Part shown: piece after piece, positions 1 through 6,542 of the stretch | How positions within the stretch are numbered: the first letter of the stretch is position 1 | How the letters are laid out: every line of letters begins with the position of its first letter | Assembly: GCA_046759445.1 (NCBI GenBank) | Contig: JBHICG010000052.1 | Location: 1 to 24,464, forward strand | Direction: 5' to 3' | Source: Candidatus Scalinduaceae bacterium | GTDB taxonomy: Bacteria > Planctomycetota > Brocadiia > Brocadiales > Scalinduaceae | DNA: 24,464 nt | Made by a program: the position numbers and the translations under genes | The notes under the pieces: model-generated | The model's input: only the letters and a program-made list of their open reading frames with translations | Database searches by the model: none | What the model was told of the DNA's origin: nothing

Positions 1-115
1 CAAAGGGCCAGCTAGGGCTGGCTTTGCTCAGGTGTACCGGCACAAAGGGCCAGCTTGATGACGGCTGACTTGCACACTGGGTCAGCTTGTTGGATGGCTA
101 GCTTCGCTAGTTAGT
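1..115. repeat. Three degenerate tandem hairpin units (REP-like), probably truncated by the window edge
   Basis: CAAAGGGCCAGCT occurs at 1-13 and 43-55, and GGGTCAGCT at 79-87. Each is followed by a complementary arm (GGCTGGCTTTG, GGCTGACTTG, GGCTAGCTTCG). Confidence 0.55.
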
Positions 116-211
116 GACTATTATAAATGGAAAACATGTAAAATAAAGACTCGATAAAAGAATATGGGAAGTGTCCCTGGATTCCCGACAAGAGGGTGGC
201 AAAAACAAATT

Positions 212-286
212 AGATTCTTCGCTCCGCTCAGAATGACATCGTGGTGATAAAAGTGTCATTCTGAGGAACGGGGTGACGAAGAATCT
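212..286. repeat. Palindromic REP/RPE-like element (GTCATTCTGA...GAAGAATCT family)
   Basis: AGATTCTTCG-CTCCG-CTCAGAATGACA (212-238) and TGTCATTCTGAG...CGAAGAATCT (254-286) form an inverted pair. A related copy lies at 23028-23177. Confidence 0.75.
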
Positions 287-441
287 TATCTTTGAAATTC
301 CTCATATGATAATATATTGAATTATGAAAACATGTCCCTGAATCAAGTTCAGGACAGGCACTGACGAAATTCAGGATCAGATTCCCTGTTTGTTTGCCAC
401 ATGGGTAATGCCACGGGAATGACAGATAATACAACACATTA

Positions 442-470
442 GTCATTGGCAATTCCTAAACAGATACTAA
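442..470 (+). repeat. Isolated end of the MITE-like element found at 4026-4089
   Basis: GTCATTGGCAATTCCTAAACAGATACTAA matches the reverse complement of 4025-4053 at 27 of 29 positions. Confidence 0.75.
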
Positions 471-506
471 TTATCGTTAGAATATTTTTCAAAGTAAGGT
501 TGTATT

Positions 507-2237
507 ATGAATGTTTCTCCTAAATCAATACTAGTACTTGAAAAAAGGTATTTGAAGAAAAATGAATCGGGCGTAATTATTGAAACACCAGAGGAAATGT
601 TCCGACGCATCGCCAGAAATATTGCATATGCTGATGCTAAATATGAGAGCGCCGCAGATATTGAGTCTGTAGAAGACCAATTTTACGGCGCAATGTCAAA
701 GCTGGAATTTTTGCCAAATTCCCCCACGCTCATGAATGCGGGTAGAGAATTTCAGCAACTGGCAGCTTGTTTTGTATTACCAATTGAGGACTCAATCGAA
801 GGTATCTTTGATACCCTTAAATATGCCGCATTGATCCACCAAAGCGGAGGAGGCACCGGGTTTTCCTTCTCTAACATAAGATACAGGAATGATATTGTAA
901 GCACTTCTGGAGGAAGAGCGAGTGGGCCGATATCATTTATGAAAGTCTTTAACGAGGCTACTGAGGCCATTAACCAGGGCGGCTTCAGACGTGGTGCAAA
1001 TATGGCCGTATTAAGGGTTGACCACCCTGATATTCTTGATTTTATCAGCGCTAAGGATAGAGAAGGAAGTTTAATTAATTTCAATATCTCTGTCGCTATT
1101 ACGGATATATTTATGGAGGCATTGGGGGAAAATATAAAATATTCCCTGGTTAATCCACGTACAGGTAAGGTAGTAAAACAACTTTATGCAAGAGATGTTT
1201 TTGATAAGATCATACACGCAGCCTGGAAGAATGGCGAGCCAGGTGTATTATTCATTGACAAGATTAACGCGTCAAATCCAACACCCAACATCGGGAGGAT
1301 TGAAAGTGCAAACCCCTGTGGAGAACAGCCTCTTTTACCTTTTGAGTCTTGTGTACTTGGCTCGATTAACCTGACCAAAATGCTTGTTATGGAAGATGGC
1401 AGTTATAAAATCAACTGGCGTAAACTATCGGATACGATAATGCTTGGTGTACATTTTTTAGATAATGTTATAGACGTGAACAGATTCCCCCTTAATAACA
1501 TCGCCAGGATGACAAGAGGGAATAGGAAAATAGGTCTCGGCGTCATGGGCTTTGCCGATATGCTCATAAAAATGGACATACCTTACAATTCAACAGAAGC
1601 CTTAGATATTGCTGATAAATTAATAGAATTCTTTTCTAAAGAGGCAGATATAGCTTCAACAAAGCTTGCAGAAAAAAGAGGAACTTTTCCCAATTTTGAG
1701 ATGAGCAGGCTCAATAAACCAGGCTCACCAAGGTTTAGAAATGCAACAAGGACTACTATTGCGCCTACAGGAACATTAAGCATAATTGCAAATTGTTCAA
1801 GTGGTATTGAACCACTGTTTGCTTTATCCTATGTTCATCATATCCTTGACAATAAGGAAATATCTGGTTTACATCCTTTATTCGAAGGGGTTGCAAAAGG
1901 AAGAGGTTTTTATTCTCAAACTCTTGTCAAAGAAATTTCAACCAGGGGAACGATTAAGGATATTGAAAATATTCCCGAAGACCTTAAGCGAGTGTTTGTT
2001 ACTACAATGGATATCTCTCCCGAGTGGCACGTCAGGATGCAGGCTGCTTTTCAAAAACACGTAGATAATGCAGTATCTAAAACAGTAAATTTCCCCCAAG
2101 ATACAACAAAGGAAGACGTACAAGATGTTTTCCTTCTGGCATATAAAAGTGGCTGTAAGGGAATCACCGTTTATAGAGACAAAAGCCGTATGTCCCAAGC
2201 CCTTTCTGTAGAATGTGCCTGCGAGGAGATTTTATAA
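507..2237 (+). CDS. nrdJ: Adenosylcobalamin-dependent (class II) ribonucleotide reductase, compact form
   Basis: Motifs FLPNSPTLMNAG, LAACFV, SGGGTGF, RRGANM, NPCGEQPL (thiyl Cys), ESCVLGSINL, TIAPTGTLS, KGITVYRD. C-terminal CxC. No intein and no N-terminal ATP-cone seen. Confidence 0.93.
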   Translation: MNVSPKSILVLEKRYLKKNESGVIIETPEEMFRRIARNIAYADAKYESAADIESVEDQFYGAMSKLEFLPNSPTLMNAGREFQQLAACFVLPIEDSIEGIFDTLKYAALIHQSGGGTGFSFSNIRYRNDIVSTSGGRASGPISFMKVFNEATEAINQGGFRRGANMAVLRVDHPDILDFISAKDREGSLINFNISVAITDIFMEALGENIKYSLVNPRTGKVVKQLYARDVFDKIIHAAWKNGEPGVLFIDKINASNPTPNIGRIESANPCGEQPLLPFESCVLGSINLTKMLVMEDGSYKINWRKLSDTIMLGVHFLDNVIDVNRFPLNNIARMTRGNRKIGLGVMGFADMLIKMDIPYNSTEALDIADKLIEFFSKEADIASTKLAEKRGTFPNFEMSRLNKPGSPRFRNATRTTIAPTGTLSIIANCSSGIEPLFALSYVHHILDNKEISGLHPLFEGVAKGRGFYSQTLVKEISTRGTIKDIENIPEDLKRVFVTTMDISPEWHVRMQAAFQKHVDNAVSKTVNFPQDTTKEDVQDVFLLAYKSGCKGITVYRDKSRMSQALSVECACEEIL

Positions 2238-2241
2238 AGAG

Positions 2242-2670
2242 CTAAGTATTCTTTTTTAAGAACATGTTCCTTACTAAAGTCTGAACCTTTTTACCATCAA
2301 CAACATCTTTATACTTACTCATAATAATCTTCATGGCTGATCCGATATCCTTTGGTTTTTGGGATTCTATAATTTCGGTCACAACCTTCTCAAGTTCTTC
2401 GTCAGACATCTGCTTTGGGAGAAATTCTTCTACAATAGCCAATTCTGCTTTATACGCATCTACCCTATCCTGCACATGCAAACGTTCGTATTCCTCAATC
2501 GTCTTTTTCAATTTATTAGCATATCCTTTTACGACATCTTTATATTCAAACTCTTTACCAGACTTCTCTTTATTTGTAATATCTGCCAATATCATCCTAA
2601 GCACGGATGTCCTTAGCTTATCCTGAGATTTCATTGCATTTCTTAATTCCATTGTTATTCGTTCTTTCAT
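2242..2670 (-). CDS. GatB/YqeY domain protein
   Basis: MKERITMELRNAMKSQDK.R..VLRM...E..I.EEFLPKQMS.EEL...DIG.AMK...DGK pattern. Start moved to the ATG at 2670 because the longer ORF overlaps the neighbouring gene. Confidence 0.88.
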   Translation of the reverse strand: MKERITMELRNAMKSQDKLRTSVLRMILADITNKEKSGKEFEYKDVVKGYANKLKKTIEEYERLHVQDRVDAYKAELAIVEEFLPKQMSDEELEKVVTEIIESQKPKDIGSAMKIIMSKYKDVVDGKKVQTLVRNMFLKKNT

Positions 2671-2674
2671 AGGG

Positions 2675-2956
2675 TTATGGATTGTATTTACGAACCATGT
2701 GTCCACAGTGGGGGCAATAGTTTGGTTTACCATGATAGTGCTTTCCACAAAATTCACACGGTGTTAATATCTCAGGACTTTTTGCGCGTCTTGCTTTCAT
2801 TATAAAATAAGCAGGCAGAAATACAATCATAAGCAAAAACACGCCTAGAAGCCATCCTATGGCCGCACGCGTACTGTATCCATTCTTCTGTGCATCTATA
2901 TAAACCCAGATTGCAACACCCGCAGCAATGATTATGGCTATTTGCTGAGTACTCAT
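2675..2956 (-). CDS. Small two-TM membrane protein with C-terminal zinc ribbon
   Basis: Two hydrophobic segments separated by WVYIDAQKNG, followed by CEFC...CPHCG. Confidence 0.8.
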   Translation of the reverse strand: MSTQQIAIIIAAGVAIWVYIDAQKNGYSTRAAIGWLLGVFLLMIVFLPAYFIMKARRAKSPEILTPCEFCGKHYHGKPNYCPHCGHMVRKYNP

Positions 2957-3015
2957 ATATTTAAATCAAAATCAACCTGTTTCTCTATATGTAAAGTTTT
3001 ATATTTATATGATGA

Positions 3016-3249
3016 TTATAATTTCAGTTTACAAGGCGAATTGCACATATCGCATGCTCCTACATCCCATTCACTCTGTACGAAATCAACCCATTCCTCC
3101 GGTGCATCACGACACGACTTACATATACCAATATCACACAGCCCTTCTACCTTACCTGTCTTTACATCAAGATCATTGACGCCTTTACCACAGGCCGCAC
3201 ATTGCCATGTGCCTAAGTCACAGCTAAGATCCCCCCCCAAGTCACACAT
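3016..3249 (-). CDS. Cys-rich hypothetical protein (77 aa, 10 Cys)
   Basis: Strong RBS AAAGGAGA before the ATG at 3249. Three CxxC pairs. Packed directly behind plsC. Confidence 0.75.
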   Translation of the reverse strand: MCDLGGDLSCDLGTWQCAACGKGVNDLDVKTGKVEGLCDIGICKSCRDAPEEWVDFVQSEWDVGACDMCNSPCKLKL

Positions 3250-3260
3250 CGTTTCTCCTT

Positions 3261-3998
3261 TCAATTATATAAAAGTTTTGAAACTTCACTTCTTATTTTC
3301 GTGATGACGTCTTTTGATAATGCTCTGTCACCTTTCTCTGTTTTTGGAAATTCTAGCGCTTTACCAAATTTAATTCGTATATTCCTATTATTTGGATTAC
3401 CGATAAAAGTACCTTTGGGTACATACCTCCCACTTCCTATAATAGCCGTGGGTACAACCTTTTTCCCAGATCTTAGAATAACTAATGAAATACCTCTTTT
3501 GAATTGTCCAAGCTTACCATTGTTACTTCTCGTGCCTTCTGGAAAATAGATTATTGATTTACCATCTTCAAGCTTTTTTACAACTTCATTCAAAGTAGCA
3601 TATGCCTTTCTCCCCTCAAATCTGTTTATGGATATATAACCTGAAGCCTTCATAAATCTTCCAAGTATTGGCATCTTGAAAACTACGTCTTTAGAAATAA
3701 AACTAAAATTTATGGGTATAGCAGCTATCGTAAACTTGACATCCAAATAACTTTGGTGATTCGAAACAAATATAACCGGTTCGTCTTCTGGAATATTTTC
3801 CAGGCCTTTTATGTCTATTTTTATTCCTATAAGTTTAAGGGCAATTCTCGTAAATGCCCTGTCTATGGCATTAAGTTTATGTTCCTTGTTTTTAAGACCG
3901 AAAGCAGAAATAGTTGCAATAAAATATCCTGCACACCAAAATAATAAACATACGAACCACGCATATATCGAATAAATTACATGAATAATTTTTTTCAT
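3261..3998 (-). CDS. plsC: 1-acyl-sn-glycerol-3-phosphate acyltransferase
   Basis: NHQSYLD (HX4D), FISK and FPEGTRS motifs. Start placed at ATG 3998 because the GTG at 4055 lies inside the inverted-repeat element. Confidence 0.9.
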   Translation of the reverse strand: MKKIIHVIYSIYAWFVCLLFWCAGYFIATISAFGLKNKEHKLNAIDRAFTRIALKLIGIKIDIKGLENIPEDEPVIFVSNHQSYLDVKFTIAAIPINFSFISKDVVFKMPILGRFMKASGYISINRFEGRKAYATLNEVVKKLEDGKSIIYFPEGTRSNNGKLGQFKRGISLVILRSGKKVVPTAIIGSGRYVPKGTFIGNPNNRNIRIKFGKALEFPKTEKGDRALSKDVITKIRSEVSKLLYN

Positions 3999-4025
3999 CC
4001 AACTTTTCTGTAAATAACGTCTACT

Positions 4026-4089
4026 TAGTATCTGTTGCGGAATTGCCAATGACACCTTTGGATATTTGGGCTTTCCGCAACAGATACTA
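4026..4089. mobile_element. MITE-like element with 17-bp perfect terminal inverted repeats
   Basis: TAGTATCTGTTGCGGAA (4026-4042) and TTCCGCAACAGATACTA (4073-4089) enclose a 30-bp core. A second copy of one end lies at 442-470. Confidence 0.6.
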
Positions 4090-4238
4090 CTTAAGTAGAT
4101 TACCTCACCTATTTCTGCAGTATAGGAAATATTCCTTTTACACTTTAACCAATTCTTAAATAAATTTATCCTTTCCGTAAATATCCCTCATCACTATATA
4201 ATTCAAAGGTTCGTAAGAGCAACCGAGGACTGTGAGAA

Positions 4239-4267
4239 ATGGTATCAAAAGCATTTGCTACATTCAA
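4239..4267 (-). promoter_or_regulatory. Putative sigma70-type promoter for the plsC cluster
   Basis: Minus strand TTGAAT-N17-TACCAT. Confidence 0.35.
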
Positions 4268-4386
4268 GTTTTTTGTTACGGAGGAGGTTCAGACACAAAG
4301 AAAAAAATTAATATAATCCTTGCTCACATAAACACTTAATTAGAAATCAAGCACAAACATGGCATTCCTTGTACCCTTCTTTGCAA

Positions 4387-4782
4387 TTATCGTACGATAT
4401 AAATATAATCTTGAATATTTAATTTTCGTTTAAAATAGTAAAGATGTGTCACACAATTGCAGTCAGAAGAACCAAATCTATTCACAATAGGACAAGCACT
4501 ATTTTTTTTACTTATAAACTGGTTTAATTTACATTCAGCTTTTTTATCTCCACTGTGTCTGAGTACCTTGATAATCTTTGCTTGAGACAAAAGGTAATCA
4601 ATATGCCAGTGAAGTTTCTTCCGATCTGAAAGGTGTCTATTTATTCTTTTTTCAAGGTTATTTTGAGCGCTTCCCGTGTAAACATAAACGCCTTTAGGGA
4701 AAACAAATGTGCCAAGACGCCCTACCTTAATCTTTTTATTCTTCGAAAGTTTTATAATTAGATTATAAATCCCTTTCTTCAT
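4387..4782 (-). CDS. GIY-YIG (Uri superfamily, DUF123-type) endonuclease
   Basis: KGIYNL, YVYTGSA, RINRH, HWHIDY, EC and FGSSDCxCxTHL motifs. Start moved to MKKGIY. Confidence 0.85.
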   Translation of the reverse strand: MKKGIYNLIIKLSKNKKIKVGRLGTFVFPKGVYVYTGSAQNNLEKRINRHLSDRKKLHWHIDYLLSQAKIIKVLRHSGDKKAECKLNQFISKKNSACPIVNRFGSSDCNCVTHLYYFKRKLNIQDYIYIVR

Positions 4783-4878
4783 ACTGGAAGTGCCTTGTAC
4801 GTTATGAGGCAAATTAATTTGGCCTTTTTGCAATCAAAAAAACAGCTTAATCTAGCTGTCAGATTATAACATATTATC

Positions 4879-4906
4879 TTGACTTTGCGAAAGTGAGTAG
4901 TAAAAT
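4879..4906 (+). promoter_or_regulatory. Putative sigma70-type promoter for yhaM
   Basis: TTGACT-N16-TAAAAT. Confidence 0.4.
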
Positions 4907-5012
4907 CGATTCTAATTGTGTAAAATGTATAATTTTTATGAATACAAGCTCAAACCTGCCCAAAACAAGTCAGACGGACAAATTTTTAATGTAGATAAGG
5001 GGACTGTTTCCG

Positions 5013-5975
5013 ATGACAAAGAAGTTTATATCACAATTTAATAGTGGTGACTTAATCAATGACATATTTCTAGTGCAAAGTAAAGAGTTAAGGACAACAA
5101 AGAATGGCGGTCTATACATTCAAGCACAACTTTCAGATCGTACTGGAATGATTGCTGCGAGGATGTGGGATGCAAATACGTCATTTTTCGAATCTCTTGG
5201 CAACGAGACATTTTTGAAGATTAAGGGTAGAACTGAGATTTATCAGAACCGAATACAATTAATCATAAAGGCCATTTCAAAAGCAAATCAAAAAGAGATT
5301 AGGCTTGAGGATTTTTTACCAAGTACTGAAAAAGACGTAAATGAGATGTTTTCTGAATTAAGAGAGATTGCCTTTTCGATTAAGCAACCTTATTTGAAAA
5401 AACTTCTTGACCTCTTTTTCAGTGATAAGGATTTTTGCACGAATTTCTGTACAGCCCCAGCAGCAGTACAATACCATCATGCATTTCTCGGTGGTGTACT
5501 GGAACATACATTATCAGTTGCAAAACTAGGAGAACAAATAGCTCCACTCTATCCCACCTTAAATAGAGACTTGTTAATCTGTGGGATAATACTGCACGAC
5601 ATAGGCAAGATAAGTGAACTACTTTATGAAAAGAACCTCGATTATTCAGATGAAGGGCAACTCATAGGACACTTAATATCAGGAATACTTATGATTGAGG
5701 AAAAGGTTAAACAAATAGAGGGATTTCCTAAAACACTGTTAGATCTATTAAGGCATATGATCTTGAGTCACCATGGAGAATACGAATGGGGCTCACCAAA
5801 ACTTCCCATGACAGTAGAAGCCTTAGCACTGCATTATCTGGACAATCTCGATGCAAAGATTCATGCATTTAATAAGGCTATCTCAGGCGACAAAGACTCT
5901 TGTAATAATTGGACTGGATATAATAAGATGTTCGAAAGAAAATTATTTAAAAAATCACGTGATTATGCTTACTAA
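5013..5975 (+). CDS. yhaM: 3'-5' exoribonuclease YhaM/Cbf1 family (OB fold plus HD domain)
   Basis: N-terminal OB fold (LSDRTG...RMWD), then PAA..YHHA..GG.LEHT, LHDIGK, GQLIGH, ILSHHG..EWGSP..P and LHYLDNLDA. Confidence 0.92.
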   Translation: MTKKFISQFNSGDLINDIFLVQSKELRTTKNGGLYIQAQLSDRTGMIAARMWDANTSFFESLGNETFLKIKGRTEIYQNRIQLIIKAISKANQKEIRLEDFLPSTEKDVNEMFSELREIAFSIKQPYLKKLLDLFFSDKDFCTNFCTAPAAVQYHHAFLGGVLEHTLSVAKLGEQIAPLYPTLNRDLLICGIILHDIGKISELLYEKNLDYSDEGQLIGHLISGILMIEEKVKQIEGFPKTLLDLLRHMILSHHGEYEWGSPKLPMTVEALALHYLDNLDAKIHAFNKAISGDKDSCNNWTGYNKMFERKLFKKSRDYAY

Positions 5976-6121
5976 AAGCAAATTGGATTTAAACACAACA
6001 TTTGAACTTAATGTAAAAAATACGGTCGGACTTGCTGACCTCAAAACCTTTTGAGTGAGGTTATCAATTAAGAGAACGGACATAATCAATCACGAAAAAT
6101 GAGAAAGATCTTAGAGAACAA

Positions 6122-6457
6122 TTATTTTTTTGTTTCAAATTCTGTGTCTATACGTTCTTTAATCTTATTCGTCAACTCTATATAATCCATTTGTGCCTTT
6201 AAGAACCTTTGTATGGATTGGTTAGATGCCACCTTCTGCTTTAATTGCTGAAGTTTCCTTTTGTCCTCAACCTCTACGGGATTTAAGTTCTTCTCTAATT
6301 CGTGAATCTTTTTGCTTTGTTTCTCCAGTTCTTCTGAAATCTCTTTTGCTTCACTATCTTTATTTAACTGTTCTTCAGCCTCTTTGAATGACTTATATCT
6401 TTTATGATTTGCTATGGCAGTGCCCAGTTTTGAAGCTAGTTCCAAAATCTCTTCCAT
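6122..6457 (-). CDS. YlbF/YmcA (Com_YlbF) family protein
   Basis: I.ELA..LG.AI......FKEA......D.EA...N..I..FL.AQ pattern in an all-helical 111-aa protein. RBS-like AAGGAAG upstream. Confidence 0.8.
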   Translation of the reverse strand: MEEILELASKLGTAIANHKRYKSFKEAEEQLNKDSEAKEISEELEKQSKKIHELEKNLNPVEVEDKRKLQQLKQKVASNQSIQRFLKAQMDYIELTNKIKERIDTEFETKK

Positions 6458-6542
6458 CTTCTTCCTTTTTTAAGGTATCAAATATTATATTATGGAAGAA
6501 TTATATACTTAAATCCATTTTAATCAAGGAATTGGTTTAAAA

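Noticed and set aside
1..120. CRISPR array or integron attC site
   Set aside because: Repeats are degenerate with very short spacers, and there is no RYYYAAC...GTTRRRY pairing, cas gene or integrase in the window.
160..200. Possible cobalamin riboswitch upstream of nrdJ (AATATGGGAA...)
   Set aside because: The following GGTG..AATCC and GCCCCCGCxACTGT-type core and the B12 box are absent.
429..444. Possible NrdR box (ATACAACACATTAGTC)
   Set aside because: Poor fit to the 16-bp consensus and no tandem second box.
228..452. 74-aa minus-strand ORF
   Set aside because: It is composed of palindromic repeat modules and the MITE end, with no protein-family features.
752..2198. Alternative-frame and antisense ORFs inside nrdJ
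   Set aside because: Shadow ORFs of a strongly supported gene.
2671..2757. N-terminal extension of YqeY
   Set aside because: It overlaps the zinc-ribbon gene; the family-typical start is at 2670.
2675..3249. c-type cytochrome or RiPP precursor interpretation of the small Cys-rich proteins
   Set aside because: No CxxCH motif, no export signal on the 77-aa protein, and no radical SAM or other maturase nearby.
3999..4055. N-terminal extension of plsC from the GTG at 4055
   Set aside because: The start lies within the inverted-repeat element; the ATG at 3998 gives a normal PlsC.
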